DNA from: Eledone cirrhosa
Lineage: Eukaryota
NCBI GenBank assembly: GCA_964016885.1
Contig: OZ024755.1
Coordinates: forward strand, 38,998,001-39,062,000
Length of the DNA: 64,000 nt
Direction of reading: 5' to 3'
The position numbers and the translations under genes were made by a program. A model generated the notes under the pieces. It was not told the origin of the DNA and did not search any database. It saw only the letters and a program-made list of their open reading frames with translations. Positions 1 through 12,812 of this stretch are shown piece after piece. Numbering within the stretch: position 1 is the first letter of the stretch; the number at the start of each line of letters is the position of its first letter.

Positions 1-150
1 AGGACCCCGACGGCTGAGCTCCGGCCGTTTCGACAGCTAGATCCGATAGGGGTCCTGAATTTTTTCATATTACCCACTCTAGTACCCCAAGTATCGAGTA
101 CTCTGGTGTGTTATGGTCCACCTGGTATCTTACCACACCCTCTTTCTTTT
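1..150 (+). mobile_element. Terminal (pLTR-like) fragment of a dispersed repeat with a hairpin; probably PLE-derived
   Basis: AGGACCCC...GGGGTCCT hairpin followed by a segment shared with 14073-14245 (inverted) and 52138-52275; ends in (TA)n. Confidence 0.5.
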
Positions 151-174
151 ATATATTTATATATATATATATGT

Positions 175-216
<42 letters not shown>

Positions 217-841
217 ACATGTGTGTGTGTGTGTGAGAGAGTTTATGTGTGGTTGTGTGTATAGATATATATAGGAATAAAAAGTATGTTTCTATTACTG
301 AGTATGTGATGTACTAAAGTTGTTTTGTATGATAGAATATTGAGATTGGCAGATGTTATCTGGAGTGTGTAGGCGTGAGAAGGTCGTATAATAATAAAAT
401 AACCTCTCTTTTATGATATATCATATATGTCATATTGATTTATGATATATCATATGGAAAGGTTTATTTGTCAGTTCTGTTAGTCTGTTAGTAGTGTGGT
501 AGCTTACCAGATGTATATTTGATCGTTTACACCCTCTCCATATTTACGAATGTATGTGTGTGTGTCCGTTTATGTTCCTCTGTGTGTTTGTGTGCGTTAT
601 ATTTATATACAACTTTGCCTTTCATCCTTACGGGGTCCATAAAATAAAGTACCAGTAATACACTGGTTTATTGCTGGCCTTGTGCCAAGAGTAGAAACAG
701 TTATATTTGGTGGGCTTCATAGTATTTGTTAGTTAAATTTGTAATGTATAATCTGACATATATATATAAAATATACATGAAACAATAACAAGGAAGAAAA
801 TCAAACTTTCCAGTTGTTGTCTTCCTGTTTCTTCTACAACT

Positions 842-1150
842 ACAACGATACGCGATGGGGCCCACCCACAGCCGCGGGGCTCACACCTGCGGCTGGCCAG
901 CTCAGCGCCTATGGTGGTGAGTAAGGAGGTAGCCCTGGGGCCGAGGACACCAGAAGTCTCCACTGCCAGGGGTACGACCGCAAACCTGTTGGAGAGCGAC
1001 CGGTATTTGAGGAGTTTGGCTCCCTCAGCCCGACGTGCAGCAGAACCTGGGTCAGTCGTAGACTGCACCAGGTTGCGGCTGCAGAAAGTGTCGGTGCAAG
1101 TGGCATCCCAGACGAGGGGTTTGCCACCGCGGAACGGGAAGATGGTGAAA
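842..1150 (-). pseudogene. C-terminal restriction-like endonuclease fragment of a CRE/NeSL-type non-LTR retrotransposon
   Basis: Minus-strand translation TIFPFRGGKPLVWDATCTDT...AARRAEGAKLLKY...VPLAVETSGVLGP matches the RLE-domain pattern of early-branching LINEs; GC-rich island truncated at both ends. Confidence 0.75.
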
Positions 1151-1409
1151 TATTAACCAACCAAGAAACATTTCTTTTGTTAACTGTATTCACGAAATTT
1201 ACGAATTCTATTTCCTCGCCCTAGGCCCAATCGTCCCCCTTCCCCATCATTCTTTAGTGACACTAGAGTCCTTGCCATTCCTTTACCCCCCCCCCCCACT
1301 TCCCGTTTTTTCTTATTCTCTTTTTCTCTCTATATTTTCCTATTTTAAATTCCATTCTTCTCAATCTAAATTCTTTTTTTTTTCTTTTTCTATTAAACTG
1401 TATTTAGAT

Positions 1410-1790
1410 CAGGCATGTAAAATATGCGGCTCACGGGCAGCATGCGGCCCTTTACAAGCACACCTGCGGTAAAATATGCGGCTCACGGGCAGCATGCGAC
1501 CCTTTACAAGCACACCTGCGGTAAAATATGCGGCTCACGGGCAGCATGCGGCCCTTTACAAGCACACCTGCGGTAAAATATGCGGCTCACGGGCAGCATG
1601 CGACCCTTTACAAGCACACCTGCGGTAAAATATGCGGCTCACGGGCAGCATGCGACCCTTTACAAGCACACCTGCGGTAAAATATGCGGCTCACGGGCAG
1701 CATGCGACCCTTTACAAGCACACCTGCGGTAAAATATGCGGCTCACGGGCAGCATGCGGCCCTTTACAAGCACACCTGCGGCCCGCACAA
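1410..1790 (+). repeat. 52-bp tandem repeat (~7 copies) grown from a hAT-like transposon end
   Basis: Units start at 1419, 1471, 1523...; array opens with CAGGCATGTAAAATATGCGGCTCACGGGCAGCATGCGGCCC, resembling hAT/Charlie termini (cf. 3844). Confidence 0.85.
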
Positions 1791-2289
1791 AGGTTTTTAA
1801 AGCGCGAGCATGTTTTATCTTCGTAATATAAACTAAAAAAAAAAGTCAGGCCTGTTTCTGTGACGGGTACATTATAGTGTTTGTCTTGCTCTTGTTACTT
1901 GGGTCCTATGACAGACAACTGTTTAAGACACAGAAAAACTGAATTTCCCGACAGTAGATCCATAATTGTATTAGTAGACTCGATGATTATAAATATGTAT
2001 TGGTGTTCCCACACAGCGATATACATAGAGATGTGTATATTATATATTGAATAATATAAAAACATTTGAAGGCCTTTTGCTATGAATTTTATGGTTATTA
2101 GTGGTTATGAAGGTTACATATCTCCCTGCCCTTTCTGAAGCTAAAGTAAGCTAGATTCTTATAGATGCCGGCCCAGCATCAATTAAGAATTTGTATTGGC
2201 GCTCCAAAATAGCGATGTACATATAAATGTACGTATTGTATATTGAATAATTATGATTTGAGTGAAATTCAGCGGTTGAACAGGGAAGA

Positions 2290-2430
2290 CTCGCGACACA
2301 GTGGTTAGGGTGTTGGGTTTCTGCTCGTAATATCGTGGGTTCGATTCCTGGACCGACTGACGTGTTGTGGTCTTGAGCAACTCACTTCATTAGATGTTAC
2401 TACAGTCAAGTCAGCTAAGAATTAGTATAA
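2290..2430 (+). mobile_element. Degenerate tRNA-derived SINE (family B)
   Basis: AGTGGTTAG...GGTTCGATTCC A/B boxes then TCTTGAGCAAC; homologous to 44630-44770 and 55836-55980. Confidence 0.65.
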
Positions 2431-2689
2431 CCAGTTAACAAACAACAGCAGCAACAGCAGTAACAGGCGTTTGGAATTGAGCCCCGTTCTGTGTCTAGTC
2501 ATGACCTCACAGTCTTGACCAATGAAACCGAAATAAGCTCAGGCCTGATCAGCCTCCGAGGTTCAACTTGAACCATATTTATGGAATGTAATAGGATATC
2601 AGGACTGTTCTCTGCTATGATATTGTACGTGTTTGTGTTTTGTTGTATGGTGTGTTTGTATCCGCTACTTCGAATTTACTTTTTATAAG

Positions 2690-2855
2690 AGATTTAGATG
2701 GAAAAAATCACGGAACTTTCATTCTGAATGTCGTGGATTATTCCACTGTTTTCAATACGGATTATCCTCATAGTGTCACAGGGATTAACTCAAAACTGTC
2801 AAAGAATTATCTCCTATCGGATAATTTACAGTCTATTTTCGATATTTGTACAGAA
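2690..2855 (+). CDS. Candidate host-gene exon (unknown protein)
   Basis: Acceptor ttttataag|, open frame DLDGKNHGTFILNVVDYSTVFNTDYPH...IFDICTE, donor GAA|gtaacc; non-repetitive sequence. Confidence 0.35.
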
Positions 2856-3084
2856 GTAACCAATCGAATATTATCGATATTTCCTGAACAGATTATCATC
2901 CACCTTTTCACAAAGTCCCTACTCCCAACCTCACGAAACCCCACCCCTAACTCCAAACCCCCAGACCTTCCAAACCCCCAACCTCCTTGCAACGCTCGAG
3001 CATCATTTTTTCCATCGATTACTCCGAACCAAACTATCTATCTGAAACGTTATTTCCCAATATTATATATAATATGCAGAGTAC

Positions 3085-3270
3085 GGTGGATTGGCAGTAT
3101 CGGTAGAAGGTCGGACGCCATGCTTTCCAGCATAGTTACGTCCCTTTACGATCTGAGTTCAAATCCCGCCGAGGTTGACTTTGCCTTTCATCCTTACGGT
3201 GTCGATAAAATAAAGTACCAGTAATGCACTGGGTAATTGCTGGCCTTGTGCCTAAAGTAGAAACAATTAT
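3085..3270 (+). mobile_element. tRNA-derived SINE family A (representative full copy)
   Basis: GGTGGATTGGCAGTATCGG (A box)...GAGTTCAAATCCC (B box)...GCCTTTCATCCTTACGGGGTCGATAAAATAAAGTACCAG...TAGAAAC. Other full or partial copies near 612, 5425, 12068, 20605, 27142(-), 31940(-), 39097, 56547, 56727, 60115, 60322(-), 60795(-), 60980. Confidence 0.9.
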
Positions 3271-3310
3271 ATATAATATACATAATATAATATGATATAT
3301 CATATATCAT

Positions 3311-3344
<34 letters not shown>

Positions 3345-3843
3345 ATAGTGTGTGTGGTGTGTGCGTGTGTTATTTAACAGAAATCTGAAAGTGGCCACCA
3401 AGGAGAAGTTAAGAAAAACTGTAACAATGGTGAAAATACAATGAAGAGTGAACTGGTAGATAAAGAGGTGGGGAACGATAAACTGGGTGTGGCTTAGAGA
3501 GAGGGGGTAGGACAGAGTGAGAAAGATACATAGACAGAGGGGGGGGGGATAGAGGGAGCAAGATAGAGAGAGGGGGGATAGAGGGAGAAAGAAAGATAGA
3601 CGGAGAAAGAGAGATAGTGGGAGAAAGAGAGATAGTGGGAGAAAGAGATAGAGAGAGGGGCAATTGTTATTTAATCTATTGAAATGTGCTGCAATATGGT
3701 TTTCTCTACGACAATTTTTCCAATTAAGAAATTGTCTTTTAACATTTTTACACCTTTCCGGTAAAAAGATTTCAGTTCCTACACACCCATGCTTGTAGAC
3801 ACAGCGAAGTTTCAATTTTTGTAGATGACTGTAGGCTCTAGGA

Positions 3844-4131
3844 CAGGCATGGGCAACCTTTTTCTAAAAGCGGGCCACATGAGATATGGCTCCTTATCAG
3901 GCGGGCCGGGAGCGCTAATTTACATTTGTGCTCTCATTAAAAAAGGGCGTTAACTCAGGTTGTTTTGATTTGTTTCTTCAGAATTCGTACACGTTGTTTT
4001 TTTAATTGTAAAAAGGATAGAAAGATAAATTACGACTGAAAAGTTGGGGTAAAAAAATCAGAAATATTTCACGTAGGTGACATAGGCGAGATATTCAGAA
4101 AGCTTCGCGGGCCGCAAGTTGCCCATGACTG
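3844..4131. mobile_element. Non-autonomous hAT element (MITE), 288 bp
   Basis: TIRs CAGGCATGGGCAAC / GTTGCCCATGACTG; perfect 8-bp TSD CTCTAGGA at 3836-3843 and 4132-4139. Confidence 0.92.
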
Positions 4132-4199
4132 CTCTAGGATGTCAAGGACGGAGTGAATAACCAGGTATAACTTCGACTGGGTCTGCGATCTGATATTTC

Positions 4200-5040
4200 A
4201 TGGGCGAGAAAGAACAATATGCTGCTAAACAAAGAAAAACTGAGCTAATACACTGGAAAAGAGAAGGTACCGAAGTTACCATATTCTTTTCCACTCGGAG
4301 AAGCTCTCGCGGTATCCAACAAAACCAGAACCATTGTAATCATTGTTAATAACAACTTAAGCTGAAGTATTCATGACCCACAAAGTTGTCATGACCCACA
4401 GGATACGATCCTGGATTCTCAGAACTTTCCGGTCAAGAGAAATTCACAGAATCATCCATCTCTCCTTTACCATTCCCGGTCTAAGCCTGCACACTGTTGT
4501 CCAGTGTGGTCTCCTCACACACAAAAATATTATGAAAACTGAAGTGCCCCAGAGGCCAATAACAGAAACGATAGACGGCAAGTCAAGCCTCGATTACTGG
4601 AGTAGTCCAGAAAAACTCAAACTCTTCTCTCTCCAACGCCACTAAAAGCGCCACGTTATTTGTATGATGAAGGGCAGTGGATTGGCTGTATCAGTAGAGG
4701 GTCGGACGCCATGCTTTCCAGCATAGTTACGTCCCTTTACAATTTGAGTTCAAATCCCGCCGAGGTTGACTTTGCCTTTCATCCTTACGGGGTCGATAAA
4801 ATAAAGTACCAGTAATGCACTGATTAATTGCTGGCCTTGTGCCTAAAGTAGAAACAGTTATTTGTATGATGTGGAAAATATTCCATCAACTTTGCCCAAA
4901 TGATATTGGCATCGAACTTAATATTCACTCGAGGTTACCCGCTCAATACAGAAATGGACCTCGAATCTCAAAACAACATCAAAACACAACCATTTCACCT
5001 CAACTGACCATACCCTCTGTAATATCAAGCGAATGAATTT
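4200..5040 (+). mobile_element. Old CR1/L2-type LINE 3' fragment split by a SINE
   Basis: WILRTFRSRE...QRPITETIDGKSSLDYWS..EKLKLFSLQRH resembles the post-RT region of CR1-clade ORF2; continues after the SINE as ICMMWKIFHQLCPN. Confidence 0.65.
4676..4856 (+). mobile_element. SINE family A with 15-bp TSD
   Basis: Flanked by GTTATTTGTATGATG at ~4655-4669 and ~4857-4871. Confidence 0.9.
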
Positions 5041-5583
5041 CATTCAAATCAGAATGGTGAGCTAGTTTAAACGAGTTTATAACTATATAAAGCTAAATAT
5101 AATTCCAAACTCAGATGTTATTTTAGAGTACACAGAAACATAGGTAAAAGACAGTTCAAAGTTTAATCCAATTACAACAATTTAATCTTGGTTATTTTCA
5201 TTCCTTATATATATATATATATCATCATCATCATTTTGCGTCCGCTTTTCCCTGTTTGCAAGGGTGGGACGGGTCCTATTCAGTACAGCATCTCTCCACT
5301 TGTCATGGTCATTCGTCATCTCTACTGTGAGCTTCAGCGATCTGAGGTCTGCTCTCACCACCTCCGCCTATGTTTTTCGTGGTCTACCTCTAGAGATGAT
5401 ATAAAGTATGTATCTTTCGTTTTCCCTTTACGGACTGAGTTCAAATCCCACCGAGGTTAACTTTGCCTTTCATCCTTACGGGGTCGATAACATAAAGTAC
5501 CAGTAATACACTGGGATAATTGCTGGCCTTGTGCCAAAAGTAGAAACAATTATTATTATTATTATTATTATTATTATTTTTAT

Positions 5584-5765
5584 TTGTGGTATAATCCAAT
5601 TTTCAACTATTCCATAAGCACCAATCTACCCTTTATCTTCTTTAATTTAATTGATAAACACTTCCCAAAACCACATAAATACCACAAAATCTTCAATAGA
5701 AAAACTATTAAACTTCCTTATTCTACTGCAGAGAATATTGAATCGGACATAAAAAGACTCAGCTT
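5584..5765 (+). pseudogene. Penelope-like element remnant (post-RT region)
   Basis: WYNPIFNYSISTNLPFIFFNLIDKHFPKPHKYHKIFNRKTIKLPYST aligns with WYNSGPFNREVSTPIARTFFTLLNTHFPIQHRYYTIFNKNTIRLSYST of the 46436-47659 ORF. Confidence 0.8.
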
Positions 5766-5871
5766 TCTTTAAACAGAATATTTTAATTATTAATAAGTAT
5801 TTTTTAAGTGAATATGATTTGGAAAATACGAGTTGTTTAAACATACAATACTTACATTATTTAGAAATATT

Positions 5872-8800
5872 TCTAAATGATGATATATAAAAAATATTTG
5901 TTGAGGTAATAGGAATTTTTTCTAAGGTGAATACGATTTTCTATTCTTAAATAATGCCTCGACGAGGAAGAAAGAAAACATCTGGTTGGTCTATCGATAG
6001 TGGAAAGAAAGCACGGCTCAGGAGAGCCGAAGAAGGTGAGCAAGATAGTGATCAACGCCAACAAGATCGGGACAGGCATGCAAATAGAAGGATCGATGAG
6101 ACTGATAAAGCAAGGGCTGCGCGTCTGGCGGAACAGAGGGGAAAGAGACAGAAGCACGAGAAATCATGAATCGGACGCTCGGAGAACTGAACGTCTTTGC
6201 CTACAAACCATTAGGGATAGAGCAAGGACAGTTCAACGACGTGACCTCTCTGCTGATGTTGGACAGATGAATAAGATCTGTGTCTGTTGTCATGCAATGC
6301 TTTTTCATGGAGAAACTGCTAACTTTTGCTGTATGAATGGAAAAGTCAGGTTGGAGAATCTGCAGCCTTTACCCCAGGAACTTCACAGTTTATTTAATAC
6401 TGATCAACCTAGGGCAAACGAGTTCAGGAAGAACCTCAGACAATATAACTGCCTGTTCCAAATGACATCTTTTGGGGCCGAAGAAATTCGTTCTTCAAGG
6501 AGTGGATAGAATCCTTCTATCGTTATTCACGGTCAAATTCACTATTACATCAGTTCCTTAACCCCTAATCCCAACGAACAACCCCAATTTCTTCAAGTTT
6601 ACTTTTTGGATCCTCAGGATAGTGTTGATTTGAGGATCAGGATACTCCATAACGATGGCATTCATTGCGACATAGTTGAATTATTAGAAATAATACTCAG
6701 ACAATATAACCCGTACGTTGCTTCATTTCGAATGGCAAAAGAACAAATTAAAAATATTCCTGAAGCTTCGATTATTATTGATCCTGATAGGAGACCAGCA
6801 ATGGAACATGAGAGAAGATTCAATGCACAAACTGCAAACGAAGTTGCCGTTATTATACAAAACAGCACCGAACTTCAAGCAAAAGCACGGCACACTGTGT
6901 TGAAAGAAAAAGGCGGACAATTGCAAATAATCTCAGTCCTATCGGCCCTATGACAGTTTGCAGTATGTTCTATTTTTTTCCTTTTGGCGATGACAGATGG
7001 CATCATGAGCTGTTAAAGAGCAACAACAAGAAGTTGACGCCAATGCGCTACTATGCCTATCGAATAATGAACCATGAGAATGAATTCAACCAACTTCTCA
7101 GAGGCGGTCGTTTATTTCAGCAATATTTGGCTGACAAGATTGAAGGAGATAGACTGCAATACATCCGAATGAATCAAACATCATTGCGATCTACAACATA
7201 CAAGGGCCTTACTGACGCATTGAATGATGACGATTTTCGCAATATTGGCAGGCGAATCATACTCTCTTCCACATTTGTCGGTGGACCGAGATATATGATG
7301 GAGCGATGCCAGGATGCCATGATGTACATACGGAAGTACGGCAATCCTTCGTTCTTCATCACAATGACATGCAATCATAACTGGCCCGAAATCCGGCAAA
7401 ACCTATTCCTGAATAAGAAGCCACATGACAGGCCAGATATAATTGACTGAGTATTTGACCTGAAGCGGAAACTGTTAAGAAAGTATCTTACTGGAGTAGA
7501 TCGCCTATTTGGCACGTGCATTGCTTACGTGCTGACAGTCGAATGTCAAAAGCGAGGTCTTCCTCATGTGCACTGTTTGCTATGGCTCAATGAAGCCTCC
7601 AAGCCCAGACTGCAGGAATACGATAAATTTGTTCAAGCCGAAATACCAGATCCAAACAAAGATCCAGAGGGTCATGAATTGGTGCTGAAGCACAGGATCC
7701 ACGGTCCGAATTGCTCTAACAATTCGCCGTGTTGGAAAGATGGAACGTGCAGTAAGCGGTACCTTAAGCCTTTCAGTGAATATACATTGTGTGGAGAGGA
7801 CTCTTACCTTGTGTACAGAAGATGGTCTCCAGGAATGGGAAGCCGAAATATAACTTCGGAATGGGTGGTTCCCTACAATATGAAACTATTAAAACTGTTC
7901 AACTGCCACCTAAACGTAGAGATGTGCTCCTCCCTGAAATCGATCAAATACGTTATCAAATATACCATGAAGGGCAGTGATCAGACAAGATTGGATAATA
8001 CAGTATTTAACAGGAAGAGATATCGGTCCTTCAGAAGCTGTTGCCTTGGTACTTGGCTTTCCAATTCATGAGAGAGAACCGGCCGTAGTTCGCCTTCAAG
8101 TTCATCTACCTGAGGAAAATCAAATCTTCTTTCGGGTCAATGCTGCTGTTAAAGTAAACAATAACATGGCTAAGACGACTCCGACTGAGTTCATGGATCT
8201 TTGCGATCGCGATCCGTTTGCAAAAACATTGTATTATGCCGATGTCCCAAAGTTTTACACTTGGAGTAATAAGTGATGGGAAAGGAGAAAGGTGGGGACA
8301 GTTGAGCAGTATCCAGGGATTTTTGAGGCGAACGTTTTGGGACGAGTATACACTGTTTTTCAACGAAGTGGTGACCTGTATTATTTAAGACTCCTTCTGC
8401 ATCACGTCAAACGGCCAGTATCCTTCAACTCTTTGAAAATGTGTGATGGAGAACTCCTGCCATTATTCAAAGACGTCTGCAGAGAGAAAGGTTTGCTTCA
8501 ATCGGATGATCATTGGCAGCAGACTCTGGAAGATGCTGAGCGAACAAGGCTTCCCAAAGCCATGAGAGATCTATTCATCATGCTCCTCACAAATACGGAA
8601 ATTGACAATTCCAGTGCTTTATGGGCTCGATTTAAGCATTCGCTGTCTGAGGATTACCTTCAAATAGAAAGAAGGGCTACCAGAAACTAACCTTTTGATT
8701 AGCGAGAGACATTATGATCAATGTCTTCTGTATTTTGAAGACAAACTTAACGACCTGGGCAAAAGTCTTAGTGACTTTAACTTGCCAAGGCCAAATAATA

Positions 8801-10651
8801 TTGTTGCTAGTCAGGATATTGGCAATTTGGAGTTATTGCATGAATTGTAATACACCAGAGAAGAGCAGCGACGATTTGTAGAAGAGACAGAGCCTCTATT
8901 GAATAGTGAACAAAAACACGTGTACCACTTCGTGTGTAAGTTTAGAGACGAACACATCTGCATTGACGCTCCAGGTGGAACAGGAAAGACATTCCTAATT
9001 AACTTCATTCTTTCAAAAGTCAGGTGAAACGGTGACGTGGCTATTGCTGTTGCGTCATCTGGCATTGCCGCAACACTGATGCCTGGTGGAAGAACAGCGC
9101 ATTCTAGGTTCAAAATACCGATAGTAGTGAAAGAAAAGGGTCTGTGCAACATTGATAAAAACTCAAAGACGGCAAATCTCTTCCAGCATACAAGGCTGAT
9201 TGTTTGGGATGAGTGTCCCATGATTCGGAGGGAAAGCTTCGAAGCTGTTGACCTCACTCTGCGTGACATATGCGACAACAATGAGGCATTCGGTGGAACT
9301 TTGACAATTTGCTGTGGCAATTTCCGTCAGCTTCTTCCGGTAGTGAAAAGGGGAAATGAAGCGGACGTGGAAAACGCCTACATTAAAAAATCCTACTTAT
9401 GGCGAAGCTTCAAAAGATTTCAGTTGAAGACAAACATGCGATTGGGTGGGGGGAGCAGGAGACTATTCACAGTTCCTATTGGATATTGGAGAAGATAAGA
9501 TAAAAAAAACTGAAAATGAGGAAATCATTTTGCCAAAAGAAATGGTTCTCCAAGCAACAACTACGGAAGAATGTATTGATTTCATCTACCCTTCATTCGA
9601 CAGTCCAGCTGAAGTGTTTTCGAACAATTGCATCTTAGTACCTCTCAATGAAATGATGAAAAGCATCAATTCCACCTGTATCAGACGCTTCCCTGGAACC
9701 ATAAAAGAGTACCGATCCTATAATTCTGTGAGTGATGGTGCCAATGCCACTCATTTCCCGACTAAATTCCTTGATTCGGTTGAACTATCAGGACTGCCAC
9801 CACATAACCTGGAATTGAAAAAAGGATCGCCAATAATTTTTATGAGAAACTTGAATCCTCCAAGGCTTTGTAATGGAACGGGCATGATCGTGGAAGAACT
9901 GCACGACAATCTCATAGTAGCGAGAATCAACACTTCTGCTTTCATAAATGAGATCGTTATGATACCTAGAATAAGAATTAATCCGAAGGTGAGGATATCC
10001 CTTTGTGGCGAAGCCAATTCCCAGTTCAATCGTGCTTCGCTATGACTATTCATAAAGCACAAGGACAAACTATGGAAAACGTCTTGGTTTATCTGGAACG
10101 ACCTGCATTCCAACACGGTCAACTGTATGTAGCCCTTAGCCGCGGAAAACGAAAAGAAAATGTCAGTGTTTCTGAAGGATACCCAGTCAACTAAGAATGT
10201 TGTCATCAAAAGCATTCTTTTGAACAAACTGTAACAGCCTAAATATGAGAAAATGTTGATTCCGATGTCAGAAAATGAAAGGAAAAGGAAAAACTAAGAC
10301 AAGTAAGAATAATTTCTTTCAAAGTTTTGTAAATAAAACCTGCTTTTCATTAACATTGCAACTTTTTAAGCAGAAAAATCTTTCAGAACAAACAGTCAAG
10401 CATCCGTAGAGATATAGAAAAAAGAATTTTAATTGGATAGCTATTAGTGAAAAATGATTTGATATTTTCTTTGTGAAAATACTTGTGAATAATACAGTGA
10501 AAAAACAAGTTTCGCGTAAATCGGACCACAGGTTCCCGCGATACGCGGTTTTTTTTTCGGGTACCTTTATAAATAGCCAAATCAGCGCATAATGGAAAAA
10601 TAATTTGAAAGTAAGGTACCATTGAAATGTGAATACAAACGCAGATAGTGG

Positions 10652-10699
<48 letters not shown>

Positions 10700-10711
10700 G
10701 AGAGAGGGAGA

Positions 10712-10758
<47 letters not shown>

Positions 10759-10939
10759 GGTGGTGTTGTTGAATGAAATTATGACAGGTGACTTCAAAGA
10801 ATCGAATACAGCATTACTGTATCTAGCTTGAATTTGGTGACTGAATATTAAGTTATATGTATCTTATAACTTGTGTTAGGACAGGATGTGTGTGTGTGTG
10901 TGACCAGTGTATATAGGCCACAGACACTCACACACACAA

Positions 10940-10972
<33 letters not shown>

Positions 10973-11115
10973 CACGTACATATACACACACACATACACG
11001 TATATATATATTGGCTTTCCAATGTCATTTTACATAATATACATTTTGTGTATATTTTAATTATTTAAAAATTATTTTTAAGTGAACATGACCCAACGGG
11101 TCACGGGTGGTCTAG
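5872..11115 (+). mobile_element. Helitron rolling-circle transposon (decayed autonomous copy)
   Basis: RepHel coding remnants; 3' hairpin TGACCCAACGGGTCA followed by CTAG|T at 11112-11116; 5' TC end uncertain (best guess ~5872). Confidence 0.9.
5954..10233 (+). pseudogene. Helitron RepHel protein (HUH/Y2 replication initiator + Pif1-family SF1 helicase), many frameshifts and stops
   Basis: CVCCHAMLFHGE..FCCMNGKV; FFITMTCNHNWPEI; ECQKRGLPHVHCLLW (HUH); KYVIKYTMKG (Y2); DAPGGTGKTF (Walker A); SSGIAATLMPGGRTAHSRFK; WDECPM; QFPVQSCFAMTIHKAQGQT; HGQLYVALSR. Confidence 0.95.
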
Positions 11116-11139
11116 TATACTATAAAATCTGGCGACTAG

Positions 11140-11400
11140 GAGTGGTATTACATAGATTCTACGGCTAAATAATTTAAAAAACGATGGCATGTGCATTGGC
11201 ATTCCATTAAGAACCGCAGCCTCAATAACACAACGATGCTGGCCAATAAAATCTGGCAGTTTGTGGATAAACAAAAATATGAAATAAGGTAGTCAAAACT
11301 ATCGAATGCCAAAGCTAACACACACGGGATCTCCAAATGGGATCGTGTAATATGGAATTACGCCATAATAAGAAACTACTAAATAACAAGGTCGAACAGA
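11140..11400 (+). pseudogene. Penelope-like GIY-YIG endonuclease remnant
   Basis: YIDSTAK*FKKRWHVHWHSIKNRSLNNTTMLANKIWQ resembles YIGMSSNNFKTRWYAHTHSF...TTLASYVWD at 47741-48055. Confidence 0.7.
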
Positions 11401-11599
11401 CAATCTACTGAAGGCACAAGTTCTCAAATTATAAACAGAAATAAGCAGGATTCGATCCAATAACCATACTATTTGTATAAACAATATAATTCCACAGATT
11501 TATAACGTCTGCACAATTGGTGCCACCCATTAAAAGACTACCCCCAAGTCCACCGTAAATCAGCTTACAAGCACGGACATTCTCTATCACCAATAACAA

Positions 11600-11790
11600 T
11601 AATTATTTCTACTTTTGGCACAAGGCCAGCAATTATTTCAGTGTATTACTGGTACTTTATTTTATCGACCCCGTAAGGATGAAAGGCAAAGTTAACCTCG
11701 GCAGGATTTGAACTCAGACTTTAAAGGACCGTAACTCTATGCTGCAAAGCATGGTGTCCGACTCTCTACCGATACTGCCAATCCACCGCT
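11600..11790 (-). mobile_element. SINE family A
   Basis: Reverse complement of the family A consensus. Confidence 0.88.
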
Positions 11791-12430
11791 AATAATAAAC
11801 AAACAAATCCTCCAAGGACTTCAAAGGTTTTGCCATTAACCAATAGAATGCAAGAAACGAACTGCTAACTCAACACAAGAGAAGCTGACATTCTAAAAAC
11901 ACTCATACAATGAATAAGTATTTTATCTTTATAGACAGACCCCTTCAACCCCCTCAATCATCCAATATAGCCATTGTCACCCTCAATATACACCCTACTA
12001 TCTTATTACCCATTAGGTATGTGTATCCCTACTTTTATCTCTCATCTTTCAGTTCACCTGTCTGTCCTGCCTTTCATCCTTACGGGGTCGATAAATTAAA
12101 GTACCAGTAATGCACTGAGATAAGTGCTGGCCTTGTGCCAAAAGTAGAAACATCTATATTGTCTACCCTATTACTATTTGATCCTAACACCTATATACCT
12201 ATATCTATTCATTTGCTTTATTTTATTTTGTATTTTCACTTTCTATTTTTTATTTGTTTATTTCCTAATTATTTTAGTTTCAATTCTTATCTTATTGTCT
12301 CACATCTCTTTACTTTTTCCATCTCACTATTGATCATGTTATCTTTTCATACCATTATCTTACCATCCCTCACCTTGCTATACTTTTCATCTTGTTCATG
12401 TCATATTTCATGTCATTATCTGTACACCCC

Positions 12431-12812
12431 AGTGGATTGGCAGTATCGGTAGAGGGTCGGACGCCATGCTTTCCAGCATAGTTACGTCCCTTTACGATCT
12501 GAGTTCAAATCCCGCCGAGGTTGACTTTGCCTTTCATCCTTACGGGGTCGATAAAATAAAGTACCAGTAATGCACTGGGTAATTGCTGGCCTTGTGCCTA
12601 AAGTAGAAACAATTATCTGTACACCCCAGTGGATTGGCAGTATCGGTAGAGGGTCGGACGCCATGCTTTGACGCATAGAGTTACATCCCTTGCCATTCTG
12701 AGTTCAAATCCCGCCGAGGTTAACTTTGCCTTTCATCCTTACGGGGTCGATAAAATAAAGTACCAGTAATACACTGGGATAATTGCTGGTCTTGTGCCAA
12801 AAGTAGAAACAA
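12431..12812 (+). mobile_element. Two head-to-tail SINE family A copies
   Basis: ATTATCTGTACACCCCAGT occurs before, between and after the two copies. Confidence 0.9.

Noticed and set aside
1880-2150. Possible upstream exon(s) ending at AAA|gtaagc
   Set aside because: Stops in all frames and phase not clearly compatible with the 2690 exon
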